From NCBI GenBank assembly GCA_963821135.1, contig CAWGCR010000002.1, positions 365,841-429,840 of the forward strand: DNA of 64,000 nucleotides, given 5' to 3'. Positions 40,128 through 51,682 of this stretch are shown piece by piece (the first letter of the stretch is position 1; the number at the start of each line of letters is the position of its first letter). A program made the translations under genes and the position numbers. The notes under the pieces are model-generated. The model saw nothing but the letters and a program-made list of their open reading frames with translations. It ran no database searches and was not told where the DNA came from. The stretch comes from an uncultured Bacteroidales bacterium (GTDB taxonomy: Bacteria; Bacteroidota; Bacteroidia; Bacteroidales; UBA10428).

Positions 40128-42523
40128 TTAAATTTCATATTCAACCGAATCATTTTTTTCAAACACCTTCGATTTTCCTTTTACATTTATTTTAATGGGT
40201 TGTTTTAACCAACCCTGATCAAATTCTACGCTTAGCTTTTTATGGTTTATATGTAGTTTTATCCAATGGCTGCGGTAACGGATTTGAAGGCTTATTTCCT
40301 TTACTTCTTCCGGCAAACGGGGATTAAGCCACAACATTTCATGGCGTATTTCCAATCCGGTGTAACAGCGCTGGATAATATCCACTGTACCTGCCATTGC
40401 ACCCAAATGTATTCCTTCGGGCGTAGTTCCTCCCTGTACATCTTTCACATCGCTTAAAAGTGCTTTTTTAAAATTATGCCACGACCGTTTTCTGTCTGAC
40501 CGTGCCAAAACCCAGGAATAAACCACCTTGCTGAGTGTAGGACCATGGGATGTTATTTTTTGATAATACGCAATGTTTTCAGGGATTTGCTGGGGTTTGA
40601 ATTCATATCCCAATCGACTGAACATCTCTACCAATTTACTGGACGAAAAAAGGTAAAATAACATGATAACATCAGCCTGCTTGTTTGCCCGGTAGTTGTT
40701 TGGCGAATCATTCTCTTTTTCTAAAATACGATCTAAGCGCATCACTTCGCCATGTTTTTCGCGGTATTTCTTCCAATCCAGTTCTTTTAGCTTATCAAAC
40801 CCTTCGAACTGCATAATAATGTCTGTCTTCATTGAACGGTATATACATTTTCCTGGTTAGCTTCTTCCAAGATATCCACATCATCTTGAACTACTCCTGT
40901 TTTTTCAAAAAGTTCTTTCACAAATTCATCGTCAAACAATTCTATAATATCGAGGGCACATTGTATTACCCAAACAGCCATAAGATTGGTATAGGCATTG
41001 TTGTTTAAACCAGGCGAATCAGAACCCGGATAGCTGGTATGGTATTCATCGGGACCCATCACACCCCGGATTTCATATCTGTCGCGTTTGGGGTTATGTT
41101 CGGCAATACTAGACCAGAAAAGTGCTGTACTAAGAATAATTTCAGCGCCATAACCGGCCAAAAAGTCTATGTCGCCGGTAGTTTGGTAATATTGCCACAC
41201 ATTATAAGGAATGGCCGCATTGATATGTCTCTGTAACCTGGAATTGTCAGGTATCCAACGTCCTGATTTTGGGTTCAGGTGAATCATCTGGCTTTCTTCA
41301 CGACCATTACTACCGCTTTGCCAAGGGTACATAGCCCCCGATACCCATTTTTTTCAGCTGCCTCCCGTGCTTTTGGCAAGCGTCGATAGCGGTACATAAG
41401 CAGGGAACGGGCAAGGTGAGGATTGTGCAAATTGATAAATGGGAATATAAATAATTCGTCCCAGAATATGTGACCACGATATGCTTCGCCATGCCACCCG
41501 CGTGAGGGTACGCCTATATCGTATCCAACACTGTGTTTGGAAATTGATTGGTACAAATGAAAAATATGCAGACGCAATATGAAAATATCTCCATTTCCTG
41601 TTTTAACATCAAAATTGCTATGCTTCCAAATTTGCGACCATGCTTTTTTGTGTTTATCCATAACACTTTTAAAAGACTTGGTTTGAGCCACTTTATTTTT
41701 GGCTTCGTTCAGCGGGTCACTAATGGCAAAATCATTTCGAAGTATAAGGGCTTACCAACTTCTCAATACGAACAGGCTCTAGTTTGGAACATTTAATTTT
41801 TATATCCTGCCATACCGATTTCTCGTCACTATATGTCTGTCTTGGGGCATTTAGTTCGTTTTCATTCTGAAAAAGCTTTGTGCCTGCTGCCTGAGCCATG
41901 AGAATTTTTGATTGCTTGGAAGTACAGGTCAGATAGATATAATTTTCGTTAAATTCGCCTTTATCGTTAATATCAATGTGTTTTCCGTTTAAATCACTAT
42001 AGCGTTTAACACCATTGTTGGTAATGTTACCATTAATGCCAGAGCGAACCGTAAATTTTCCTGACCAGTTTTCAGGTATGATTGTCCACTCAATTCCGGC
42101 AAGGTGCGGGTCGTGCATGCTCACTATGCGTCGGCTCAGGATAGAGGTTTCACGTTTATTCGCATCGCGAAATCTGATTTTGCGTTCAAGCACTCCTTCT
42201 TTAAGGTGCAGGCGAACCACGTAATCCAAAACTTCTGTTTTTTGAATGTCGAGCCAATCTTCTTGTTCAATGTTTATGGTCAACATTAACCAGTTTGGCC
42301 AGTTCACCAAATCTTCGTTTTCGATTTTTTTATCCTTAATTTCTGAGACTGCACGGTTATATCCTCCTGCCAGGTATGTGCCCGGATAGTTATACTCATT
42401 ATCGGCAGCGAATTCCAAAGCACCTCGTGTAGCGAAATAGCCATTTCCTAAAGTACACAGGGCTTCGGTTAGCGGATGTTGTTCCGGGTTCCAGTTATTG
42501 TATTCCAGTATCCAATTGTTCAT
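40128..42523 (-). pseudogene. GH65 family disaccharide phosphorylase (trehalose/kojibiose/maltose phosphorylase-like), split by 3 frameshifts
   Basis: Four consecutive ORFs (41732-42523, 41284-41691, 40829-41332, 40128-40832). The GH65 catalytic region is present (GWHGEAYRGHIFWDELFIFPFI; MYPWQSGSNGREES). Confidence 0.75.
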
Positions 42524-42535
42524 CGTATTGTTTAT

Positions 42536-44102
42536 TTAGGCCGATAATTCCTGAAGAAATAAACGTACCTGGTACACATTTTTCAGTGCATATTTAGCGG
42601 CACTGGGTTGTTCATGAAACCCGACCAATATGCCTATACCTTTGTCTGATAGCGTACGGAAAGCATCTTCGTCTGTGACATCATCTCCTATGTAAATGGG
42701 CAGCATTTCCGGGTTTTTGTCAAAACCCAGCTTTTCCATTATCCAGTTAATGGCTTTTCCCTTGTGCCAGTCAACATCGGGCTTTATTTCCACAATTTTT
42801 TTGCCTTCGCCTTTTTTAAATCCCGGATAACGCGCCAGTAAAGCATTCGCTTTTTCCTTTATTTTCAGGTTCGTTGTCTTCCCCGGCATTTCTGAAATGC
42901 ACACCTACAGCATAGCGTTTTCTGTCAATTTGCACACCTTCTATTTCTTTTAACGATGTGCTCAGTTCTTTTTCTATGTGGTCGAGTTTGGGCAATATCT
43001 CTTTTGATTTTTCATGTTCCATGTATAGCCCGTTAGGTCCTGATATTCTAAAGCCATGACTACCCGCATAAATAAGGTTTTCGATATCTACCCTGCTTTT
43101 TACATCGTCCATATCCCTGCCACTTACTATGGCTACAGAAAATTTTGATGCGCATTGTTCAATCACGTTTTTCATTTCTTTTGAAAGAATGGCATCTTCC
43201 GGGCGTTTTACAATTGGTGAAAGGGTACCATCGTAATCCATGAATAGTACAAGTGTTTTATCGGCTGCAATATCATGAAATTTTGTTTGTTTCGAAAAGG
43301 CTGATGGCAAAGATTGGGTGAAGTAGGGTTCAATTTCCCGGTTGTTGAATAAGTCGATTTCTTTCAGGTTTTTCACTACAACATCAGCGCCGTTTTCGTA
43401 CAGTATGGTTTCATTATCGGTTCGGCTAACCCCTATTACAAAAGCGAAATTGCCTTTACTGCCGGCCTGAACTCCCGATATGGCATCTTCAACAACCACG
43501 CATTTTTCCGGACTGGTTTCCAGTTCATGTGCAGCCTCAATGAATATATCGGGTTCGGGCTTTCCTTTTATTCCTTTATCTTCTGCTACCTGACCGTCGA
43601 CCCTTGCATCAAAAAGATTATCGACACCAGCAGTTTCAAGAACGTGCTTGCAATTTCTGCTGGATGAGACTACGGCAGTTTTTAACCCGTGGTACCGCCA
43701 ATGTTTGATTTGTTGAATGGCATTCTCATAAACGTCTACACCCCTGTCGTGCAACAAATTTAAAAAAAGTGCATTTTTTTTGTTTCCCAGGCCATGAACG
43801 GTTTGTTCATCCAATGCGTCATAAGTAGAACCTTCCGGCAAATCTATGTTTCTTGATTCAAGAAAACTTTTTATACCTCCCAGCCTCGGTTTTCCATCGA
43901 TGTATTGGATATAGTCTTCATCAGTCATCAATGGGTAGTCTTTATTTTGTTTTTTCAAAAATTCATTAAACATTTCTTTCCAGGCTTCTTTATGTTCTTT
44001 AGCCGTTTGGGTGATTACCCCGTCCATATCGAGAATCACGGCTTCCATGCCTGAAATTTTAAGTTGTTTTTTATCTGCTTGCTCTATTGTTTGCGTATCC
44101 AT
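42536..44102 (-). pseudogene. Beta-phosphoglucomutase-like HAD domain fused to trehalose-6-phosphate phosphatase (OtsB-like) domain; frameshift near 42860-42900
   Basis: N-terminal HAD with DMDGVITQT (DxDG). Second half has FMDYDGTLSPIV (T6PP motif I). ORF 42536-42904 supplies the OtsB C-terminus (DWHKGKAINWIMEK…IYIGDDVTDEDAF). Confidence 0.7.
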
Positions 44103-44146
44103 TTAATAATTATTTATTTTATTTTGTTTAACCAATTGTGTTGCGT

Positions 44147-45083
44147 TTATGAATCAGGCCTTAACCAATCGTTTATTTTATCTGTATCGACTTTTCGGCA
44201 CAATTCAGAACCGGGGGTCATGGCGGCGGCTGTCCCTGCCGAGACACCATACCTGGCAGCATGGGGTGGCCACAGCCCTTTTGCCAGACCCGTAACCATT
44301 CCTGCTACCATTGAATCTCCAGCACCTACTGCGCTAATTACTGGCATTGTTGGGGGTACAATGTAGTTAATGACATCTGTGTTATGGGCAATCATTGCCC
44401 CTTTAGCACCCAATGAAAGAAGCAAAATGGAACAGGCTTCTTTTTTAAGAAATTCTTTGGTTGCTTGTTCCTGTTCCATTCCTGTTATAAGCTTCTTTTT
44501 CTAGCAGTTCTGCCATTTCACGCAGGTTGGGCTTTATCATGTACACCCCTTCATTAAGTGCTATTTTTAGCGGCGTACCCGAAGTGTCCAGAATCATACG
44601 TATGTCATTTTGGTTACAATGCCTTGCCAATTGCGCATAAAAATCATCAGGCACACCTGGTGGCAGGCTTCCACTGGCTGCGAGGTAAGCTGGTTTTTGT
44701 TTTATTTTTTTTAATTCTGACAAAACGTTTTTCCAGTTTTCTTCTTTAATAGCATTGCCCGGCATACCAAAACGGTATTGGTTGTTTGTTGTCTCGTCAA
44801 GCACCATCAGGTTTTCCCGAACATTTACCCCTGAATCTATTTGTTTGTTATGGACGCCTTCTTCATTAAGTAATTTTACTAAGGAATTACCGTTAGTGCC
44901 TCCTGCCAAAAAGAATGCTACAGAATCGCCGCCCAGTTTTTTAATAGCCCGCGATACATTTATTCCACCACCACCGGGGGCGAAAGAAGGCGTTTTGCAA
45001 CGGATTTTCTTTTCCGGTACAACCAGTTTGGCGCTGGTGTTTTTATCCAGTACGGGATTCATGGTAAGCGTAACAATCTTCAT
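44147..45083 (-). pseudogene. PfkB-family sugar kinase (1-phosphofructokinase/tagatose-6-P kinase-like), one frameshift near 44470
   Basis: N-terminal half has the GG motif (FAPGGGGINVSRA). The C-terminal ORF carries PfkB signature 2 (AVGAGDSMVAGMV). Confidence 0.75.
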
Positions 45084-45094
45084 GGTAGTATGAT

Positions 45095-45927
45095 TTATTT
45101 TGATTCGGTAAGTATGGACATAGCTTCCGGTGACAATACCCTGAATGTGAACGATTCGGTTAGGTACAATTTCACTTTTTCGTTGGTATGGCTATCATAT
45201 CCAATGCTCATGTCCTGTCCGAGTGTTAGCTCAAAATCGCCTCCTCTTTCCGTAACAAGATAAGAATTGGTATTGCTGTGATTAATAATAATCCGGCCTT
45301 CTATTATTTCCTGTAGTTGCTTTAAAATAGGATAACCTTTGGCCAGGTTTATCAATCCCTGCCATTTTTTTTCGTTTATTGCAAGGGTATATGGACCCTG
45401 AACACCATCTTTCCGAAGTTTCATTACTTCGGCGCCTATACTTTTTAAAAATTCATTGGGGTCATCGGGCAGGATTACTGCTTTATGTGAAGCACTTTTT
45501 CCAATCCTTTTATCCGGCCTTCTTCAAAACCTTTATAAATGGCGGTATCTTCAAAAAGAGCTATTTCTTTAGCCGCGTTTTCTAATGGTTCTAAATCTAT
45601 ATCTTTTGCGCCCCGGCTCAAATTATCCAACTCCCATATTTCCAGTTCAAAGGGTTTTCTTATTTCAATAAAAGGCATAATTTCCCTCAAGCCATAGTTG
45701 ATTCCCTCTTTGGATTGTTTTTTGGGAGTTATAAGTCTTCCTGTGGAAACACCTCCCTGTTCAAGGCCTGTTGGCCCTTCAATATCAACAAATTTGCGTG
45801 CAGTGAGATGTATTTTAAATATGGCGGAAGCCTGCTCTGTTATTTCTTTCCAGGCGGCTTCTGTGATTGGTGCTATGGATTTCTTTAATATGTTCATAAT
45901 TATTTTTTTTGACGTTAGATAATACAA
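45095..45927 (-). pseudogene. Family 1 encapsulin nanocompartment shell protein, one frameshift between 45424 and 45475
   Basis: N-terminal ORF (LKKSIAPITEAAWKEITEQ…ARKFVDIEGPTGLEQGGVSTGRL) and C-terminal ORF (RGGDFELTLGQDMSIGYDSHTNEKVKLYLTESFTFRVLSPEA) both match HK97-fold encapsulin (linocin M18) conserved blocks. Confidence 0.8.
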
Positions 45928-46000
45928 ATCAGGGAATAGAGGTTGGGCGGTAGAATTGTATACATAAATTTACAATCAGTACCTTTTTAACTTTTAAATG

Positions 46001-46291
46001 CTACTCTCCTTCAATTTTTACAATGTCTTTTTCGGTGAACAGATAGGTTTTTAAGTGCTCTTCCCATCCGTCCATGTTTCTGCGGAGCCATTCCAGTACC
46101 ATACAGGCATGTTCCATTTCTTCATCGCGATTATGTTTTAATATTTTTATTAATTGCTTGTCTGTTGCTGCATCCATGCGTTGCTGGTACCAGTCAACGG
46201 CCTCAATTTCTTCTTTTAAAGAATTTAAGGCGCGCATATAATCTTTTGTTTCTTTTGAGAGAAGTTCTGGGGGTTCATGATAATTCTTCAT
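46001..46291 (-). CDS. Encapsulated ferritin-like protein (EncFtn) cargo
   Basis: 96 aa. HEPPELLSKETKDY…EAVDWYQQRMDAATD…HNRDEEMEHACMVLEWLRRN…HLKTYLFTE matches the EncFtn family essentially block-for-block (ExxH iron site). Directly upstream of the encapsulin gene. Confidence 0.8.
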   Translation of the reverse strand: MKNYHEPPELLSKETKDYMRALNSLKEEIEAVDWYQQRMDAATDKQLIKILKHNRDEEMEHACMVLEWLRRNMDGWEEHLKTYLFTEKDIVKIEGE

Positions 46292-46398
46292 AATATTTCT
46301 GATTTGTATTTAACTGTTTACACTTCGCCTTAGCCCAAGTTTTTTTGTATTCCGAGTGGATTAATGGAAGGGCCATTTTTTTATAGCAATAAAAAGGG

Positions 46399-46900
46399 CT
46401 ATTCAATTCGTAACGATTTAGCCATTTTCATGAATTGCTCTTTGAGCTTAGTATTGTTCGAGTTTGCTGTATTTAAATAGGCATTTACCCGAATCAGACT
46501 ATCTGAACGGCTAACCAATACTTCAGCGGAATCTACTTTGTAAATTTTGCCTGTATATCCGTCGTCAAAAGAGAATTCGTGTGTTGTCTGATGAGCTGAT
46601 AAAAACTGATCATTCTCGTTTACTATCATTTCACCATAAACTTTTATTTTAGATCCAGAATAAGAAGTAGAAATGAAATAGCCATCCCCGTTATCACTTA
46701 CATCTATAGCATTCCAGCTTTCCGGTATACTAAAACTAAAGTGGTACCTGGCATTACATATTTTCTGATAGTTTATGTTTCTGTATTTCTTTATTCTTTT
46801 GCTGACAACTATTGCATGAGTACAACCCACTTACCAGTATAAAAATGCAATACCTGATAACAATTGTATAGCTATTTTTTTTCCTCGCATGTGTTATAAA
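46399..46900 (-). CDS. Hypothetical (lipo)protein, N-terminal signal region disrupted by a frameshift
   Basis: 143-aa ORF. Upstream in another frame: [19 protein letters not shown] (hand translation), suggesting a broken signal peptide. Confidence 0.3.
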
Positions 46901-47505
46901 TTTTCTCTGTTAAACAGTTCGGCCACTTTATCCCAATTCACCACATTCCAAAACGCTTCGATGTACTCTGGCCTTTTGTTTTGGTATTTAAGGTAGTAGG
47001 CATGCTCCCAAACATCGAGGCACAAAATCGGGGTTCCTTTAATTGAGGCAATATCCATTAAGGGGTTATCCTGATTAGGTGTGGATGTAACAACAAGCTC
47101 ACCATTATCTTTTTTTACCAACCATGCCCATCCTGAACCAAATTGAGTAGCAGCAGCATTAGAGAATTCCTCTTTAAGCTTATCCAGTGTTCCAAAATAC
47201 TTTGTAATTGCATCGGCAAGGCGAACATCCAGCTTTTCCTGTGAATGGGGTGATAAAAATTGCCAAAACAAGGCATGATTAAAAAAACCGCCTCCATTAT
47301 TTCGAACTGCATCGCTATGTTTCGATATTTCAGCAAAAATTGTCGATGGGGTTTTATTCTCCAACTCGGTCTTTTCGATAGCAGCATTAAATTTTTTCAG
47401 ATATGCTGCATGATGCTTTGTATGATGAATTTCCATTGTTTTCGCATCAAAATGTGGTTCCAATGCATCATAACTAAATCCTAATTCTGGTAATTTAAAA
47501 GCCAT
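46894..47505 (-). CDS. sodA: Superoxide dismutase, Mn/Fe family (Mn-type signature)
   Basis: 203 aa. Metal ligands in HHTKHH and [19 protein letters not shown] (the Mn-type LKYQN block). Confidence 0.9.
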   Translation of the reverse strand: MAFKLPELGFSYDALEPHFDAKTMEIHHTKHHAAYLKKFNAAIEKTELENKTPSTIFAEISKHSDAVRNNGGGFFNHALFWQFLSPHSQEKLDVRLADAITKYFGTLDKLKEEFSNAAATQFGSGWAWLVKKDNGELVVTSTPNQDNPLMDIASIKGTPILCLDVWEHAYYLKYQNKRPEYIEAFWNVVNWDKVAELFNRENL

Positions 47506-47542
47506 AACTTACATATTTTAATGATTAAAATACAGATATTTA

Positions 47543-48303
47543 TCATTTAGCGGTCATTCCACCATCAACTGGTAAAACAGCACCCGTAATGAAGCTACTT
47601 TCCTCGCTGGCCAGGAATAATGCAACACTGGCAATTTCTTCGGATTTGCATATCGCCCCAAGGGAATTGCCTGTTCAAAATTCTTTTTAATTTCATCTCC
47701 TTTTCCCGGGCTAAATCCTTCTTCAAGGGAACGCATCATTCGGTTGTCTACCGGGGAAGGATTTATAGTGTTAACACGAATATTTTGGGGTGCACATTCC
47801 AGTGCGGCGCATTTCATAATGCCGATAGTGGCATGTTTACTGGCCACATAGGGCGAAACATTTGCTGTTCCCTGCAAACCTGCTACGGATGAAGTGATTA
47901 TGATGCTTCCGTTATCATTCATTTCAGGAATGACATGTTTTAGTCCGAGCCATACGCCTTTAACATTTACATCCATTACTTTTTGAAACATTTCCAAAGG
48001 GTATTCGGTTATGGGTTGTACTTTGCCTTCGATACCGGCATTGTTGAAGAAAATATCCACTTTTCCGAATTCCTCTTTTGTGGTTTTGGTATAGTTGGCT
48101 ACGTCTTCATTTTTGCTTACATCGGCCACCACGTATTTTATGTTTTTATTGCCAATATCCTGAACGGTTTTTTCAAGTTCATCTTTTTGTAAGTCGACAA
48201 GCATTACATTGGCGCCTTCGTAGGAAAAAATCCTTGCGGCTTCTTTTCCTATTCCACCGGCACCTCCGGTAATGATTGCTGTTTTACTTATTAATCGTTC
48301 CAT
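47543..48303 (-). pseudogene. SDR-family oxidoreductase (3-oxoacyl-ACP reductase-like) with a C-terminal frameshift near 47635
   Basis: TGGAGGIGKEAA…YVASKHA are intact. After …GRYANP the annotated frame gives nonsense. The alternate frame gives the canonical SDR C-terminus ([31 protein letters not shown]). Confidence 0.65.
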
Positions 48304-48318
48304 GGTATTATTATAATT

Positions 48319-48519
48319 TTAAGCTTCAAGGAGAAGCGTGTTTATTTCTGTCATAAGTTGGTCTCTATTTATCCCTGTTTTTATTTGCAGGTTTTTCAGC
48401 AATTCCTCTTCCTTTCCGTCTTGAAAGGTTAAATCGGTATTAGTAAGTTCAGGGTACCTGAATTTGAGCTTGCCCCGTATGATTGGCCAGCTATCTTTTA
48501 TTGCTTTATTCGTTTCCAT
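48319..48519 (-). CDS. CsbD-like general stress protein
   Basis: 66 aa with the CsbD pattern (…RGKLKFRYPELTNTDLTFQDGKEEELLKNLQIKTGINRDQLMTEIN…). Confidence 0.45.
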   Translation of the reverse strand: METNKAIKDSWPIIRGKLKFRYPELTNTDLTFQDGKEEELLKNLQIKTGINRDQLMTEINTLLLEA

Positions 48520-48552
48520 ATATTTTTTGTTTTTGGTTCAACAATGAGTAAA

Positions 48553-48586
48553 CAGGCAAAAGCCTCATGTTAGCTTTTGCCTGAAG
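48553..48586. terminator. Hairpin terminator downstream of the BON-domain gene (11-bp stem)
   Basis: CAGGCAAAAGCctcatgttaGCTTTTGCCTG, 19 bp after the 48605 stop. Confidence 0.5.
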
Positions 48587-48604
48587 ATTCTATTATATTT
48601 ATTG

Positions 48605-50104
48605 TTAAGGTGTGTAATCAACCACAAGCTTGTTTTCTACTTCAGTTGCCCCGCCTTCAAGAGCGTTTATCTCTGCAAACAGTTTCTCTCTCTTCGTATC
48701 CACTGTACCTGTTAAAATTGCTTTTCCGTTAGTTACAGTAACATTTACTTCATCCTGGTTTACGTAAGGCGACCACCACAACTCATCAACAATGTTCTCT
48801 TTAATGGCGTAATCTGTTTTATAATTATAAACAACATCAATATGGTATGGTGGGTAATAGGTGTTCCATCCGTAATAATTGTAGAAATAGTAGTCGTTGT
48901 TATCAAATACCGAGAGGTTGTTTTCTACAGCAATTACGCCATTGATTTTGGATGCAATATCTTCGGCTTCCAATTTTTCGAAATACGAATCCACTGTTCC
49001 GTTTAGGTAAACAACACCGTTATTTGCTCTTACATCAATTTCCCATTTTTCAACAACAGGATTTTTTAACATGGCCAATTCAACATTGGTTTCTAAATCT
49101 TTATCGTCTGGAATAAACGCGGGTCGTACTTTGAGGTAATTTTTTACCCTAAATGCACCTACCACATTTTTAGCACTTTGTTCTGCTGCATTTTTGGCTT
49201 TAAGATTGTCAACTATTCCGGTTAGCGTTACAACACCATGTTTCACGGAAACATCAGGGTTAAAGGACAAAACTCTTGGGTCATACAAAAAGGCGTCTTT
49301 AACAGCATCTTTAATTTCGATATCTGTTTTAGTAACATACTTATTTTTTCGTAGGTTGTCATCCCTGGCCCATTCTTTTACCTCCAGCTTTTTATCGCTC
49401 ACTGAATTAACCCCGGCTATCCAGGCTTTGGAATATGCCAATGATTTTTCGTTCGCGCTTCCTACTGTTCCCGATAGTTTTACTTCACCATTTTTTACGG
49501 TAACATCAATTAAAGCATCATCGATACGGATATCATTTTTCATGCTTTGCTCAATGTCTTCCCTGATTTCGTAATCAGGCCTGTTTACAGCATAATTAAC
49601 AGTAATATTGTTTTTCACACTTTTTACTCCCAAAACTCCTTTTGCAACGAATTCAGAAAGCTGCTTTTCCTGCCATGATTCCACTGTTCCGTTAAGCGTA
49701 ACGTGTCCATTGTCAGCATTCACAGTTACTTCGTACGAATCGGTTGCAGGGTCGGATAAGAGCGCGGCGTTTACATCCTTTTCCAATACAATATTCGAGC
49801 GGTAGGGTGCATCTACCTGAATACGATCAACAACGGCTCTAACGCCTTTTACGGTTCTGGCTATTTTTACAGCCCTGTCTTTTGCCAGGATATTATTGAC
49901 CGAACCATTAAGGCTTACTATACCTTCGCTGGTTTGCACATCAATTAAATACGAAGGGGTGGTTGCGTTAAATAATAGTTCGTTATCAACAGCATTGCTT
50001 ATCTCCTGGTCTGTAGGATTATTCTCTGCTGTAAGATTATTACTGATGAATAAAAAACAGCTAAAAAATAAAACAATTGGAATTGCATTTTTTAAAGTTT
50101 TCAT
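48605..50104 (-). CDS. Secreted multi-BON-domain protein (OsmY-like osmotic stress protein), ~6 BON repeats
   Basis: 499 aa, signal peptide. Repeated ~65-aa units with the BON pattern (…VTLNGTV…ekl.A.e.A..v.GV..V.N.L.V…). Confidence 0.8.
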   Translation of the reverse strand: MKTLKNAIPIVLFFSCFLFISNNLTAENNPTDQEISNAVDNELLFNATTPSYLIDVQTSEGIVSLNGSVNNILAKDRAVKIARTVKGVRAVVDRIQVDAPYRSNIVLEKDVNAALLSDPATDSYEVTVNADNGHVTLNGTVESWQEKQLSEFVAKGVLGVKSVKNNITVNYAVNRPDYEIREDIEQSMKNDIRIDDALIDVTVKNGEVKLSGTVGSANEKSLAYSKAWIAGVNSVSDKKLEVKEWARDDNLRKNKYVTKTDIEIKDAVKDAFLYDPRVLSFNPDVSVKHGVVTLTGIVDNLKAKNAAEQSAKNVVGAFRVKNYLKVRPAFIPDDKDLETNVELAMLKNPVVEKWEIDVRANNGVVYLNGTVDSYFEKLEAEDIASKINGVIAVENNLSVFDNNDYYFYNYYGWNTYYPPYHIDVVYNYKTDYAIKENIVDELWWSPYVNQDEVNVTVTNGKAILTGTVDTKREKLFAEINALEGGATEVENKLVVDYTP

Positions 50105-50587
50105 AATTCATACTTTTTAAATGTCTGCCTGTTGGCAGACGTGGTTCAACATTGTTTTTATTTAAGTATTCGTATTATTTAATAAGAAAATTGCATGCCA
50201 AGCTGATTTGATTCAATGCAAACACCTTGGTATTTAGTACGTTGAGGGATAATTACAAATTTTTGGCTACTAAGTAATTTGTTGAATAAATCCACAAGTG
50301 GTGGAATGAGTTCACAGCCCGAGGGGTATATCAATAAATAAAAATACAGTTATAAGTCAATTGCACAGCATATTACAATAAAAGGCAATTATTGAGATAT
50401 TCCGGCATCAAATTGTTACAGTTTCAACATTTAATATGAAGGATATTATTTTGTTGGGAAACTATGCTCACCAAATGGTTAATAATTCGACAATACCTGT
50501 AATTTTGTTACCGGCAAAATAATTTGAGATAAATTCAGAGTGTTTTAAGACACAAGGCATTGACTACTAACCTACAATAACGAAAAT

Positions 50588-51682
50588 ATGTTAGAAGAAT
50601 TTGGAAAAGAATTTTTGGGACAGTTTAATAATGGCAATTGGTTGAATGCAAGCATTATTAGTGTGTCAGTTTTACTTGGTAGTGTTTTATTGCATTTCAT
50701 CTTATTCAGGATATTAAAATTCATGAATAAAAAAGATATATTCCTTGTAAAACATATCCGTAAAAAATTTAAAGCCCCAAGTTTGATTTTTCTGGTTGCT
50801 GTTGCTTTAAATATTATTGTTTTCTCTTTTGCCCCGCAGAATCTTTTGACCAATTACATAATGCATGGCTTAAAATTGCTTGTTATTTTTAGCGTGGCAT
50901 GGCTTATTGTGCGATTGATTAGCCTTGGTAAAGAAGTTGTGCTAAGGAGATATGATGTGGAAGAAAAAGATAATCTGAAAGCCCGCAGGGTGTATACACA
51001 GTTTAAAGTAATTGAACGTATATTTAATTTTATAGTAGTTTTAATTGCATTGGCAATTGCACTTATGACTTTTGAAAGCATCCGTAAAATTGGGGTGAGC
51101 CTGTTTGCATCGGCAGGGGTTGCAGGTATTATTCTTGGTTTTGCGGCGCAAAAAATGATTGGAACGGTGCTGGCCGGCTTTCAAATAGCTATTACACAGC
51201 CCATTCGCTTAGATGATGTTGTAATAGTTGAAGGCGAATGGGGCTGGATAGAAGAAATTACCCTCACTTATGTGGTTGTGCGGATATGGGACAAGCGCCG
51301 CCTGGTTGTGCCAACCACATATTTTATTGAAAAACCTTTTCAAAACTGGACCCGGGTTTCTGCTGATATTTTGGGCACCGTGTTTATTTATACAGATTAT
51401 ACTGTACCCTTCGATAGTTTGCGGGAAGAACTTACACGCATTCTAAAATCGGATAACAACTGGGATGGCAATGTTAATGTACTTCAGGTGACTAACGCTA
51501 CAGAAAAAACAGTGGAAATAAGGGCACTAATGAGTGCTGTTGATTCACCTACGGCATGGAATTTACGGGTTAGTGTGCGTGAAAAACTAATAGAATTTTT
51601 GCAAAAGAATTATCCGGAAAGTTTACCGAAATCGAGGTTACTGTTTGATAACCCAGCTGATGGTATGCTGCCTGAGAAGTAA
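50588..51682 (+). CDS. Mechanosensitive ion channel (MscS family), second copy in the window
   Basis: 364 aa. TM helices then …TQPIRLDDVVIVEGEWGWIEEITLTYVVVRIWDKRRLVVPTTYF…. Confidence 0.8.
   Translation: MLEEFGKEFLGQFNNGNWLNASIISVSVLLGSVLLHFILFRILKFMNKKDIFLVKHIRKKFKAPSLIFLVAVALNIIVFSFAPQNLLTNYIMHGLKLLVIFSVAWLIVRLISLGKEVVLRRYDVEEKDNLKARRVYTQFKVIERIFNFIVVLIALAIALMTFESIRKIGVSLFASAGVAGIILGFAAQKMIGTVLAGFQIAITQPIRLDDVVIVEGEWGWIEEITLTYVVVRIWDKRRLVVPTTYFIEKPFQNWTRVSADILGTVFIYTDYTVPFDSLREELTRILKSDNNWDGNVNVLQVTNATEKTVEIRALMSAVDSPTAWNLRVSVREKLIEFLQKNYPESLPKSRLLFDNPADGMLPEK

Noticed and set aside
50270-50310. Partial TGTGGA-like sequence (AATCCACAAGTGGTGGAAT) ~180 bp upstream of the BON gene
   Set aside because: Only a degenerate resemblance to the TGTGGAATAA/TTCCCCA element, with one or more mismatches per half and no TTCCCCA. 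Not counted as a third site.
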